DNA of 59,632 nt, taken from a virus (lineage: Duplodnaviria; Caudoviricetes). Within the stretch, counting starts at the first letter, position 1. Every line of letters begins with the position of its first letter. Below, piece after piece: positions 28,056 through 37,970 of the stretch. The DNA is taken from positions 1 through 59,632 of the IMG/VR virus record IMGVR_UViG_3300027819_000013. One strand, 5' to 3'. Made by a program: the position numbers and the translations under genes. The notes under the pieces are model-generated. The model worked only from the letters and a program-made list of their open reading frames with translations, was not told where the DNA came from and did no database searches.

Positions 28056-28397
28056 ATGACGAGCAGCAAATCTGTAATGCTGAAGATTGGGGAAGAATTA
28101 ATTGATATCACCAATTTGTCATCATTTACCATCGGCGATAAGAAGGAACTGGCGAAACTCGGCATCAATTTCGCGAAGATTGCGGATATTTCCCCCGATG
28201 ATGAGGCCAAGTTGATTGGATTCATTTTGCGCAAGGTGCGCCCGACCACGACTGATGTTGAAGTGGACGCGCTGCCAATCAAGGTGGGACAAGATGTATT
28301 GCGTCACGCAGTCAACCGCAGCGCGGAGATTGACAGCCCTTTATCTCCTATCTCCACACCGTCGGATGGTATTACGGGTGGGGAGTTCGCGAACTAA
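28056..28397 (+). CDS. Tail assembly chaperone (G-like)
   Basis: Lies between tube and TMP; carries a slippery heptamer near its 3' end. Confidence 0.75.
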   Translation: MTSSKSVMLKIGEELIDITNLSSFTIGDKKELAKLGINFAKIADISPDDEAKLIGFILRKVRPTTTDVEVDALPIKVGQDVLRHAVNRSAEIDSPLSPISTPSDGITGGEFAN

Positions 28398-28540
28398 ACG
28401 CGCTATCTCAATCTGAGATACGGGAATTATATCGTTTGATCAGTGAGGAGCTGGAACGTAGCGAAAAGCTTGAGCGTTTGAAGCTCGATTATTTAGCGAA
28501 TAAAATTCTCTCCGGTATCTCGCAGATGTTCCGAGGATAA
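28337..28540 (+). other. Programmed -1 frameshift site (C CCT TTA, 28337-28343) and T-like extension of the tail chaperone
   Basis: X XXY YYZ heptamer in the correct phase; the -1 frame is open to TAA 28540 (ISYLHTVGWYYGWGVRELNALS...). Confidence 0.8.
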
Positions 28541-28546
28541 GAGCAC

Positions 28547-31159
28547 GTGGACGTATCCATCAAGGCGGTGCTTCAGGGATTTTCCGAGGCTGTGCGTGGC
28601 TTTGGAGAGTTGACCGATGGTACGAAGGAATTAGCCAAGGCAACCACTGTCTTGTCTGATGATCAGAAGCGTCTTAATGAGAATTACGCTCGGTCTGAAG
28701 AGGTGATGTCGCGCAAAGCGGCGCAACTTCAGAAACTCAAAGACCATACCGAAGAGCTGGTCAAAAAGTTTCAAGATCAAGAAGCTATAGAGAAGAGCCT
28801 GGACAGTATCGGATTGCAGATCGGCGACATGATCGGCGGTAAGATTCTCAAGTATGTCTCACTCACCGCTGCTGTTGGTGGGTTGTACTCTATATTTAAG
28901 CAAACACTTGGGGCAGAGAAAGAGTCGATTGAAACGGGCCTTCGTCTAGAGGCAATGCTGCAATCAACAGGCTCCACTGCCGGATTCACGAAAATTAAAC
29001 TTGAGGAGATGGCCACTGCGCTTGCGGCATCTACCAGATTTGATGATGAGGGAATAAAAAGCGGCATGTCCCTGATGCTCACATTTGGGAATGTGCAAGG
29101 GGATGTGTTTACGCGGTCCTCAAGACTTGCACTCGATTATGCAGAGTTGATGAAGACGGATGTGACGAGTGCGTTCCGTCTCATGGGACGCGCGTTAGAA
29201 GATCCGGTGTCTGGGATGGGACAGCTTGGGCGTGCGATTGGAAATCTAAGTCCAGAGCAAAAAAGATTGATCAAAGATCTTCAGGATACCGGCGATGTGA
29301 TTGGTGCACAGAATGCTTTATTAGATATATTGGAGGGAAAATTCGGCGGACTTGCGGAGAAAATGGGGCAGAGTTCCGTGACGGCGTCTGATCGATTGAA
29401 GAAGTCATGGAACGAGTTGTTGGAAGAGATGGGCCGCACTGGTGGTGTTACGGATCGTGTGGCTTCAAAACTTGACTGGATTACGAGTAAGTTGGTGGTG
29501 GCTGCATCGTGGCTAGTCACACCAACCGTTGGTGCGCAAGCTCTAACCGTCGCTAACTTACAACGCCCTGAAACATTCGATGCGAATATGTCGGAGCCTA
29601 ATACTTTTACTGAGGAGGGACTGGCTGCTTGGTTGAAACTAGAAGAACGCAAACAAGAAGCGCGGGATGCCGCTGCTCGGCGTGCTCCGAAGATGGGGAG
29701 TCGGTATTCCGAGGCGCAGACTTCGATGAAGGAAACAGTCAATGTTTTGCAACTTGGCGCTGCGGATGCGAGTGAGGCGTGGGATGATTTTTACGCTGGA
29801 TGGGCGCAGGCAGCGCAGGGCAATGCAAAACTCCAGATGCACATCAATTCCGAGTGGACCGATGCCATCAAGAAGCGCGAAGAGGATACAGAAAAGGCCG
29901 CGGAAAAGGAAACACGAATTCGCGAGAAACAGGCTCGCGATCAAGAGCGGGATCTAGGCATCGTCACCGCTGCGGAGGAACGATATTACAATCAAGGGCA
30001 GGCGGGGCTTCGGAAGTTGCAAGATGCGGTCTCCAAGCAAGCTAATGATGAGATCCAAAAGATTCGTGAGACCGTGTACGTAACTCGCGATGAGCGAATC
30101 GTGGCTTTGAAAGAACTGGCTAACAGCGAAGAATATGCGGGGCTGAAGGGCATTAAGGCGCAGCAGGATATTCAAAAAGAATTACGTCATACCAAGACGG
30201 ACGCACAAGCATTTTCCGAGGATTTGGCAAAAATCTTCACATACAACGTACCGCAATCAATTTTGAAAACCGTCGGAACGATCAAGGGTGATCTTAGCAC
30301 AGCAATTTACGATATCGTCAGCGGTAATAAGTCGCTTGGTGAGTCGTTGGAGAGTTTTTTCAAGGGCGTCAGTAATTCTATTCTTAAGATGCTGGCAGAT
30401 ATTGCTGCCAGTGAGATTATGAAATGGATATTTGCCGGTTCGCCGATGGGCGCGATGCTTGGCATAGGATCATCGGTGGCATCTGGGGCGGCTAGCGCGG
30501 CTGGCGGCACGGGGGTGCTAGGCAGCATTGGCAGTGGCATCTCTGGCTTATTTAGTGGAGGAAGTGCCGCGACTACGGTGGGCGGTGGTTTGGCTGCAAC
30601 TGGGACAGGGGCCGCTGTCACTGGAGCCGGGACAACGACTGGTGTCATTGGCGCTACTTCTGGATTTGCCGCGGCTGCGCTTCCTTTGGTTGGGGCTTTT
30701 GCTGTGATCATGGGATTGGATAGTCTTTTTGGTGAGGATGATGACCCTATCGCATTGGCGAAACAACGGGCTGAAGCTGCCGCCGATCAAGATGCTTTTT
30801 TGCGGGCAAATCCATGGTCCTCCAATGAGCCAGGGGCATGGTTCCAGGATTTTAGTATGCGCGGACAATCCACGATGAAGCCTCCTGGTATTTGGCCTTC
30901 CAAAGAAGCTCTGGATGATGCTTACAATGCATGGGCAATGACTGTGAGTATGACATCCGGCTATGCCACTGGGACAGATATGATTGTCACGCGCCCCACG
31001 GTATTCACCGCAGGTGAAATGGGGACTGAGCGCGTAACCGTGGTGCCACTTGGTGGTAGCAACAAGAGAGGGGACGGTGTCTCGATCACAATCAACGGCC
31101 CGGCGATGTTTGATGAGTATACGTTTAGGCTCTTTCAGCGCATGATTCTGGGCACCTGA
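28547..31159 (+). CDS. Tape measure protein
   Basis: 870 aa, helical and Ala/Gly-rich; MGRALEDPVSGM; C-terminal GYATG...AGEMGTERV. Confidence 0.9.
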   Translation: MDVSIKAVLQGFSEAVRGFGELTDGTKELAKATTVLSDDQKRLNENYARSEEVMSRKAAQLQKLKDHTEELVKKFQDQEAIEKSLDSIGLQIGDMIGGKILKYVSLTAAVGGLYSIFKQTLGAEKESIETGLRLEAMLQSTGSTAGFTKIKLEEMATALAASTRFDDEGIKSGMSLMLTFGNVQGDVFTRSSRLALDYAELMKTDVTSAFRLMGRALEDPVSGMGQLGRAIGNLSPEQKRLIKDLQDTGDVIGAQNALLDILEGKFGGLAEKMGQSSVTASDRLKKSWNELLEEMGRTGGVTDRVASKLDWITSKLVVAASWLVTPTVGAQALTVANLQRPETFDANMSEPNTFTEEGLAAWLKLEERKQEARDAAARRAPKMGSRYSEAQTSMKETVNVLQLGAADASEAWDDFYAGWAQAAQGNAKLQMHINSEWTDAIKKREEDTEKAAEKETRIREKQARDQERDLGIVTAAEERYYNQGQAGLRKLQDAVSKQANDEIQKIRETVYVTRDERIVALKELANSEEYAGLKGIKAQQDIQKELRHTKTDAQAFSEDLAKIFTYNVPQSILKTVGTIKGDLSTAIYDIVSGNKSLGESLESFFKGVSNSILKMLADIAASEIMKWIFAGSPMGAMLGIGSSVASGAASAAGGTGVLGSIGSGISGLFSGGSAATTVGGGLAATGTGAAVTGAGTTTGVIGATSGFAAAALPLVGAFAVIMGLDSLFGEDDDPIALAKQRAEAAADQDAFLRANPWSSNEPGAWFQDFSMRGQSTMKPPGIWPSKEALDDAYNAWAMTVSMTSGYATGTDMIVTRPTVFTAGEMGTERVTVVPLGGSNKRGDGVSITINGPAMFDEYTFRLFQRMILGT

Positions 31160-31160
31160 C

Positions 31161-33446
31161 ATGGCAGAACCAGTCTACACACTCGGCATTGAATTACAGA
31201 CAGGTTCATACACCGATGTGACAACTCGTGTTGAGCGCGCGTCTTGGGGGCAGACGATCGTTGACATGTTCAATCCACCCGCTGTAGGACGCGCAATATT
31301 TGTGTTGGCGAACGATGACGGCGCCATGAGTCCGCGGGTGAATTCTTCATTTCAGCCGGGGCGCAACATCCAGTTAACAGTGGTGTGCTCATCAATTCAA
31401 TATTCCCTGTTCACTGGGCGCGTCACTGACATTTCGTTGCGTTCGCACATTGGAGCGCGCACCACAATTGTTGAAGCCGAGGACGACTGGGTGCGTCTGC
31501 GTGATGTGAAATGGACGACGAAATTATATTCCGGAACGAACGCAGTAAGCTTGTTCACGGAACTTATGAGCATGTCGGATGTGCGCTCATTTCAGGTGGA
31601 CACTGTCAACATCACCAGCGATCACAATCTAGGCTATATCTGGTATCGGGATATGCCAGCGGTGGATGCGCTCAACGAATTTGTGTCCGCTGGTAACTAT
31701 CAAATGCTCGTGGACGGCGCTGGCACATATCAATTGCGGGGACGTAATTGGAGCCGATTCGATACCAATAGCACGCCACAGTTCGATGTCAGTAGTTGGG
31801 CGGCGATGTTCCGATCCTCGATGTCACGGAACACTGTCTACAACCGCATCAAGATCAGCGGTCAGCAGCTCGTGGCGGCGCTGAATCCGGCCACTGTTAT
31901 CTACATGCCACCGGCCATTACGGGCTATGATTCCGCGATTCCGATCTCTGCCGGATTATCGAAGGGATTCTGGTTCACGTATAGCGATCCTTTTACGCCG
32001 AATCGTTCAGAAGTGCCAGTATATTCGATGGTGTCGATGGTCGCCAGCCAGGACTGGTATTTCTCGGCTAATAATGACGGCACTGGAGCGGATTTGACCT
32101 CCGGATGCACCGTGACGGCGAGCTTCTTCGCTGCCTCTGGTGTGACTACGTACACAAACAATAACGCTGTCACAGCGTATTTAGCTCGCTCTCAGGCGCG
32201 TGGGTATTTATTGCAGCCGACTGGTGATTTGGTCGCGCAGATCGACATTGCTTCCAGCCAGACGCGATTCGGTCTGCATGTGTTCACAATGTCTAACCGT
32301 ATTCTGCAGTGGCAAGCGAACGAATACATCGGTTCATTGGCGACGCATATAGCGAGCGATCGTAAGGACGGCATGCACACTGCGCAACTGACGCTACAGA
32401 ATCAGTTCTGGGTGCAATATCTGAACAACTCTCTCGGTAACATCATCTTGGTCATCGATCCATTCTCAGGACCGGACACAACGTGGCGCACCCGTGGCAC
32501 TAATCACCAACTGGATATGACGAAGGGATTATTGCACACCACTGTCTATGATCTCGATACGCCACAGAGTCCAATGGGTTGGGGAACCCCAGTAGAGGTA
32601 AGTGCGTTTGGGTTATTTTCCAAAGGCACTGCTGGCGGTGGCACAAATAAATATACATATCATACAGATGCCGTTACCACCGGCACTGACTTAAGTGCTT
32701 CTGTTGTGACCCTAGATGCTGCCGCCGGGAATTCGACGTTAGGTTTGTTTGCGGGGGGCATTGTAGGGGGTTCGCATTCTGCTAGTACACGTAAATATAC
32801 ATATTCCACTGATGCTGTAGTGGCGGGAACAAATCTTAGCGCAATACGCAGCAATCATGCCGCTGCGGGAACTTCAACCGTTGGATATTACGGGGGCGGT
32901 TACGACACGGTGTCTTTTCTCAAATCCGTAACGAAATACACATACAGTGGTGATACCGTATCGGCTGGGACGGATTATCCTGGCACCTCGACACGGAGAT
33001 TGCATGCGGCAGCCGGTAATGCAACACGAGGAATTCATGCTGCTGGTAATGATGATTCGGGAACCCCCATCATCGCTACCACGGTAAAATATACATATAG
33101 CGGGGATACGACAGCGGCAGGAACATCGTTGGCTACTGCACGGAATCAACATGCGGCGTCTGGTAGTGAGACGATCGGATACTTTGGAGCGGGGGCACCT
33201 GGGCTACTCGCATCTGTGGAAAAATATACTTATGCCAGTGATGGGGTTGCTGGTGGTACGAATTTGTTGTCCGCTAAATCGCAGCTCGCTGCGACCGGAA
33301 CTAAATCTGTTGGCATTTGGGGCGGCGGTGTGACTGATGAAACGGAGAAGTACACGTATTCCAGCGATGCTGTGGCTTACGCTACGTTGCTTAGTATACA
33401 ACGACAACAATATTCTGCATCATCATCATTACCTGGAGGGTTTTGA
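31161..33446 (+). CDS. Tail tip/hub protein with C-terminal six-repeat (Kelch-like) domain
   Basis: Follows TMP; LANDDGAMSP and LFTGRV; six KYTY-x-x-D repeats. Confidence 0.7.
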   Translation: MAEPVYTLGIELQTGSYTDVTTRVERASWGQTIVDMFNPPAVGRAIFVLANDDGAMSPRVNSSFQPGRNIQLTVVCSSIQYSLFTGRVTDISLRSHIGARTTIVEAEDDWVRLRDVKWTTKLYSGTNAVSLFTELMSMSDVRSFQVDTVNITSDHNLGYIWYRDMPAVDALNEFVSAGNYQMLVDGAGTYQLRGRNWSRFDTNSTPQFDVSSWAAMFRSSMSRNTVYNRIKISGQQLVAALNPATVIYMPPAITGYDSAIPISAGLSKGFWFTYSDPFTPNRSEVPVYSMVSMVASQDWYFSANNDGTGADLTSGCTVTASFFAASGVTTYTNNNAVTAYLARSQARGYLLQPTGDLVAQIDIASSQTRFGLHVFTMSNRILQWQANEYIGSLATHIASDRKDGMHTAQLTLQNQFWVQYLNNSLGNIILVIDPFSGPDTTWRTRGTNHQLDMTKGLLHTTVYDLDTPQSPMGWGTPVEVSAFGLFSKGTAGGGTNKYTYHTDAVTTGTDLSASVVTLDAAAGNSTLGLFAGGIVGGSHSASTRKYTYSTDAVVAGTNLSAIRSNHAAAGTSTVGYYGGGYDTVSFLKSVTKYTYSGDTVSAGTDYPGTSTRRLHAAAGNATRGIHAAGNDDSGTPIIATTVKYTYSGDTTAAGTSLATARNQHAASGSETIGYFGAGAPGLLASVEKYTYASDGVAGGTNLLSAKSQLAATGTKSVGIWGGGVTDETEKYTYSSDAVAYATLLSIQRQQYSASSSLPGGF

Positions 33447-34066
33447 AGATGCACGCAAAAACGAATCGGCTTAATCATGATTTTCAAATTTTGTATTTTC
33501 TTGTCGGCGCGTGCTATACACCAGATGGTGCCTATGCGCTTCTGTGTGATTTGCGAGAGGGGCGCGAAGACGCTCTTAAGCAACACCAAGCTAATGTGTT
33601 GCGTCGGAGCGCACAACGATTGCGCGCGGAAAGAAAAATACAGAGTCGCGATGAAGCAGAACGGTTAGAGGGTGAAGCTGATATCGCTGAGTTGAATGGG
33701 GGTAACGATACTCTTACACGGTGCGTTAATGGTGCTCAAGCAGAATTGGCGTTCATAAATCTATGCATTGAACGAATACAACAATTCCGTCGGTTTAAGG
33801 ATTTACCGGATGCTGAAGCACATGAAAAAGCGCAATGCGACGAGTGGCGCGAAGAACTTATATCGCGAGCAGAAAATTTACTGTTGTCTGGCGGAATGAT
33901 TCCCGCCGATCAATTGGTGGTTATGCGTCAACACCCGGAGTTTGAGTCTGCGATCTGGCCTGCAATCCAACAAATAAAGTCAAAAGGGACAGTCGCCGCT
34001 CCGCACCGGAATCTTGTGAAGTTGCTTGGTTTTGAAGATAAAGAAAAATTAAGGATTGTCAAATGA
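33443..34066 (+). CDS. Hypothetical coiled-coil protein
   Basis: 207 aa ORF coupled to the tail tip gene. Confidence 0.6.
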   Translation: MKMHAKTNRLNHDFQILYFLVGACYTPDGAYALLCDLREGREDALKQHQANVLRRSAQRLRAERKIQSRDEAERLEGEADIAELNGGNDTLTRCVNGAQAELAFINLCIERIQQFRRFKDLPDAEAHEKAQCDEWREELISRAENLLLSGGMIPADQLVVMRQHPEFESAIWPAIQQIKSKGTVAAPHRNLVKLLGFEDKEKLRIVK

Positions 34067-34602
34067 ACTACATCTTTACGCAGCAACCGGATGGGCGATA
34101 CTTGCTCACCACGTCCGAGGCTCCGCCCACTGTGCCGCCTGTCGTTGTACCGTTTCCGCCGCCAGTGGCGCCGCCTCCACCTTCAACGCCTGCCGGTGCG
34201 TGGCCATTGCAATCTACTCAGCTCTGGCCGGTCCCGCCGCTTCGTGGCTCGGTTATTTCAGTGCCGTTCGTCGCCGATGTGGCTCAGTACCCGAATGGGT
34301 TTCTGCTGCAAGGGGTAGATGAATCAAACGGTCCGGCGAAGGATTATGTCGTCAGCACATCTCAAGGATCATTCGTGCCGCTGAACGCCAATGCTGAACA
34401 GCTCGGAGCCGGGAATGTAATGGGACCGATCTATATGCGCTGCGGTCCGGCGCGGCCGCGGATTTGGTTCGGCCTACCTTTGCCATCGCTCGACGTGCCG
34501 ACGACGCCGGGAAAAACCTATTGGATCAATGTCCGCGCCAGCGATGGCTCGGGCGCCGTGGTGAACACGCAATTCGTGTGCTACGCGAGGACTGACAACT
34601 AA
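34063..34602 (+). CDS. Hypothetical protein with Pro-rich linker
   Basis: ATGA-coupled ORF. Confidence 0.55.
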   Translation: MNYIFTQQPDGRYLLTTSEAPPTVPPVVVPFPPPVAPPPPSTPAGAWPLQSTQLWPVPPLRGSVISVPFVADVAQYPNGFLLQGVDESNGPAKDYVVSTSQGSFVPLNANAEQLGAGNVMGPIYMRCGPARPRIWFGLPLPSLDVPTTPGKTYWINVRASDGSGAVVNTQFVCYARTDN

Positions 34603-34619
34603 CAACGCCGGAGAACAGC

Positions 34620-34979
34620 ATGGAAGAAAACGATCTCCCTGCCGATTATCCTTTGAAGGATTCCACGATGGAAAACGAAAACAGAAGGAAGTGGCACGTC
34701 GGCAGGGAGATACCAGTTGCAACACTCCTTGTCCTCGTCATGCAAACTGCTGGTGTCGTGTGGTGGGCAGCGTCCACGTCGGCCAGAGTGGACTACATGA
34801 AAGAGGCCGCCGTTACATCGCAGATCGTGCAGGCCGCCATCGACCGCAGGCAGGACGATGACTCTCAACGTTCCGAAGCGCGCATCATCGTGCAGCTTGA
34901 CCGGATCAACGCGAAGCTGGACATGCTCACGGAAAAGAGCGGCTGGACGCTGGGACAAATGCGGAGAAGTGGCGGATGA
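34620..34979 (+). CDS. Single-TM membrane protein with coiled coil
   Basis: IPVATLLVLVMQTAGVVWWAAS hydrophobic segment; GGAG RBS. Confidence 0.55.
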   Translation: MEENDLPADYPLKDSTMENENRRKWHVGREIPVATLLVLVMQTAGVVWWAASTSARVDYMKEAAVTSQIVQAAIDRRQDDDSQRSEARIIVQLDRINAKLDMLTEKSGWTLGQMRRSGG

Positions 34980-35115
34980 ATGCCAATGAATGGCGTGCTG
35001 CCATGAACGACAGGGAGCGAAACTTTCTAAGCAAGGGCATGGGCTATGTCGTGGCTGCGTTGTCCACGATTGCCCTGATCCTTACGATTGCATCAAAAAT
35101 CACCGGAGGTACACC

Positions 35116-35259
35116 ATGACACTCGCGCTTGTAATCGTTGCCTGCATTCTGTTCCTGCTCGCCGGGGTCAATGTACCGGCAGGAGCTCGCGCAAACTGGA
35201 TCGGCCTCGGGCTGTTCTTTTTTGCATTGAGTGGGATATGGAATCAGATCCTAAAATGA
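35116..35259 (+). CDS. Small two-TM membrane protein
   Basis: GGAGG RBS; MTLALVIVACILFLLAG...WIGLGLFFFAL. Confidence 0.55.
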   Translation: MTLALVIVACILFLLAGVNVPAGARANWIGLGLFFFALSGIWNQILK

Positions 35260-35882
35260 ATGCTGGTATATATCAGATCCAAAACTTAGTTAACTGGAAA
35301 AGATATATTGGCAGCGCCATAGATATTAACAGGCGTTGGGGCGAGCATAGGAGAAGGCTGCTTTGTGGCACGCATGTCAATAAGCATCTTCAGTCTGCGT
35401 GGAACAAATATGGTAGTGCGCAATTTTCGTTCAAGACACTTTTAATATGCACTCCAGAACAGCTATTAATTTTTGAGCAGATATGTTTTAAGGCACTAAA
35501 TCCAGAATACAACAAAACACCCACCGCTGGCTCCAGCTTTGGCTATAAGCATTCAGAAGAAACAAAACAGAAATTGAGAAATATGAAATTAGGCGTGAAA
35601 CTTTCTTATGAAACTAGATTAAAAATGAGTCGGTCATCTATAGGGAAACGCAAAACAAAAGCAACGAAAGAAAAAATGAGCATTGCCGGAAAATTAATGC
35701 GGGAGCGAAACCTCGCTAATTTACAAGTGGCTCGCTTTGCTCCAAGCAGAAAGGGGGTACCACTATCTCTTGAAACGCGCGCAAAGATGAGCGCAAAAGC
35801 CAAGTTAAGACCAGATTCATATTACGAAAAAATGAGATCCGGGAAAGCGGCATATCTAAAACGAATGGAGGTTGTTCTATGA
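35256..35882 (+). mobile_element. Free-standing GIY-YIG homing endonuclease with NUMOD3-like repeats
   Basis: GIYQIQN...YIGSA, HLQSAWNKYG and HSEETKQKL/ETRLKMS/ETRAKMS; markedly AT-rich. Confidence 0.9.
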
Positions 35883-35928
35883 GAACTTTCTTCTGGGCGC
35901 TTTCGACAATTTGGTCGCAGATACTGCG

Positions 35929-36099
35929 ATGATCAACTCCAAGTTCGAGGTCTACCGCACACGCACCGGCCAATTCCGTTGGAGACTTCGCGCCGGCAAT
36001 GGCGAGATCATCGCGCATGGCGAGAGCTACAAGCGACGCATCGACTGCATGGCTGCGATCAAGCTCGTCAAGCAGTCGGATCTTGCGAGCGTCGAATGA
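35929..36099 (+). CDS. DUF1508/YegP-family protein
   Basis: KFEVY...GQFRWRLRAGNGEIIAHGESY. Confidence 0.85.
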   Translation: MINSKFEVYRTRTGQFRWRLRAGNGEIIAHGESYKRRIDCMAAIKLVKQSDLASVE

Positions 36100-36239
36100 C
36101 ACATGAAACGAGAGCCAAAATCGCCGCTACGTTCTCGGACGTATTGGTGTGGCTGAAGGCGCACCCGCGCGTGGTTCACGCTGCGGGCTGGCTCGTGCTC
36201 GGGTTCGTGCTCGGGTTCGTGCTCGGGAAAATACTGTGA
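36096..36239 (+). CDS. Small membrane protein
   Basis: C-terminal hydrophobic LVLGFVLGFVLG. Confidence 0.45.
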   Translation: MTHETRAKIAATFSDVLVWLKAHPRVVHAAGWLVLGFVLGFVLGKIL

Positions 36240-36241
36240 GC

Positions 36242-36268
36242 AAAAAAATACCCCGCCGAAGCGGGGCT
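36242..36268 (-). terminator. Rho-independent terminator for the minus-strand gene
   Basis: Minus strand CCCCGC-TTCG-GCGGGG followed by TATTTTTTT. Confidence 0.8.
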
Positions 36269-36271
36269 AGG

Positions 36272-36634
36272 TTATGCGGCTTGACTAAGCTGCGGCGGTT
36301 GTTCGTGAGCAGTGCCGAAGTTAGGCTGTTCAGTCAATGCTCTAAAGCATCCTTCCCACGAGTCTCCGCAGGCTTTGATAGCGTTGAACATGCCCATTTC
36401 TATTTTCCCAATGCAGAACCGATAGTGCAAAGATTCAGATTGAAGCCTATCAAGTTTCTTGCGATGCTCTTTGCGAAGTTCTGGAGTTTTGCATTGTTCA
36501 CGCAACTCTTTGAATGCCGTTCTGGCTATCGCCCGCGCTTCGTGCGAACTTGGCCAAGCAGGCCCGTAATCTTTCACGGTGGCATTCTTGCCAAACAACT
36601 TTATGGCCTTGCGTAGTGCTTGCGTGCGATTCAT
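36272..36634 (-). CDS. Hypothetical protein, isolated reverse-orientation gene
   Basis: GGAGG RBS, own terminator and AT-rich upstream region. Confidence 0.7.
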   Translation of the reverse strand: MNRTQALRKAIKLFGKNATVKDYGPAWPSSHEARAIARTAFKELREQCKTPELRKEHRKKLDRLQSESLHYRFCIGKIEMGMFNAIKACGDSWEGCFRALTEQPNFGTAHEQPPQLSQAA

Positions 36635-36759
36635 GTTTCCTCCAATGTTAAAGATCGAAAGTGTGAGCTGTCCTCACACTTTAAGTATAGACAATGCAAT
36701 TTTGCGAAATCAGTTTGTACAACGAACCATCAATGAGTTACCCATTTTGGTGCATTGAA

Positions 36760-37074
36760 ATGTTTGAGAAAAAAATAATTAAAATATTTCTTGCGCTGTT
36801 TTTTGTGTTGTTGCTGCTGACGGCCTCGCTCGCCTCTGCCGAGCCGCTCGCGCAGATCGAGCGCGACGGCGTGCGCATCGTGATCTACTCGGATCCGTGC
36901 GAGTTGAAAGAGCGTGTGGTGAACTTGCCGCGTCGCGCCGAATGGACAGCACTGGGCAGGGTGTTTCAAGGCTGCTGGACACTATCGCCACTTGGGATCG
37001 TCGTGCTGTTCTTCGACGACCTGACCGTCACGGCGATTCCGGTATCCATATTTTCTCAAGTAAGGGAGATTTGA
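36760..37074 (+). CDS. Secreted hypothetical protein
   Basis: Signal-peptide-like N-terminus ending ASA; start uncertain. Confidence 0.5.
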   Translation: MFEKKIIKIFLALFFVLLLLTASLASAEPLAQIERDGVRIVIYSDPCELKERVVNLPRRAEWTALGRVFQGCWTLSPLGIVVLFFDDLTVTAIPVSIFSQVREI

Positions 37075-37076
37075 CA

Positions 37077-37442
37077 ATGGGCTTGACCACAGACCCGAAA
37101 GACCCCGCACTGGGCCATGGCAGCGACGACAAGCCGGTCCCGATGAACGAAAAATACCTCGTGTTGAGCGACGAGGAATTGGCCAAAGGCTATGTGCGGC
37201 CGTTCCGCAATAAGTACATTCATGTCGGCATCGGCGGTCATGAGACCGACCCGAGCGACGCATCTAAGCACGGAAGGACTGGGAACGCCTGTGGTACTGA
37301 AACAGCGATGGGCTATCAGCTATCGGCTACATATGCCCGCGACCCGAAATTCTATGGATCGACGTACTGCGTGGGCTGCCGGATGCACCGGCCTGTTGCT
37401 GAGTTCATCTGGTCGGCGGATGGTCAGGTAGTGGGGTCATGA
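37077..37442 (+). CDS. Hypothetical protein (CxxC)
   Basis: GGAG RBS; TYARDPKFYGSTYCVGC. Confidence 0.6.
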   Translation: MGLTTDPKDPALGHGSDDKPVPMNEKYLVLSDEELAKGYVRPFRNKYIHVGIGGHETDPSDASKHGRTGNACGTETAMGYQLSATYARDPKFYGSTYCVGCRMHRPVAEFIWSADGQVVGS

Positions 37443-37684
37443 CTCCCAGCCAAGAAGAATACAAAGCCGACATGCTCAAGATCTGGGCGTGGCTGCGGGC
37501 TAAATTCCTTCTCGTAACTGCCGCTATTTGGGACTGGCAGATTGCTCATCCGGTACTGAGTAAGTGTGCGGCCTGTCTGATGATCGGCCTCATTCTCGGC
37601 CTGATCGCCGGCTGTGCGTCATTCGATCACGTCTACTGGTGCCTGCAATCGTCACCCGGTAACGGCGGACCGTTCTGCCCATGA
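37439..37684 (+). CDS. Small membrane/lipoprotein
   Basis: Hydrophobic segment ending LIAGC. Confidence 0.45.
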   Translation: MTPSQEEYKADMLKIWAWLRAKFLLVTAAIWDWQIAHPVLSKCAACLMIGLILGLIAGCASFDHVYWCLQSSPGNGGPFCP

Positions 37685-37703
37685 CATGAAAGGAGAACCG
37701 TAA

Positions 37704-37970
37704 ATGAAAGACAAATTTAGGATGGTTCAGTGGCTGCTATTCGCGGCATTTTTCTATGCACTCGCGCTCCTTGCCTTCGGATCACAACCGCAACTGCAAA
37801 CTCTGTGCTGGAAATTGGGCAATGTAACGGTAGCCGGCTTCGTCGGTTACAAGTTGGATATCCACGCGTTCAAATCGGTCTGGAAAGGAAACACAGGCTC
37901 CGACCTATGGCAGATTCGGCGCGCGATCGTGATGGCGGCGGCGATGCTGGCGGTGTCGACGGGACTATGA
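37704..37970 (+). CDS. Putative holin
   Basis: Two or three TM segments; WKLGNVTVAGFVGY and RRAIVMAA; directly upstream of the endolysin. Confidence 0.75.
   Translation: MKDKFRMVQWLLFAAFFYALALLAFGSQPQLQTLCWKLGNVTVAGFVGYKLDIHAFKSVWKGNTGSDLWQIRRAIVMAAAMLAVSTGL

Noticed and set aside
36194-36227. 12-bp tandem repeat GGGTTCGTGCTC
   Set aside because: Simply encodes VLGFVLGF in a small membrane protein; too short to imply a mechanism.
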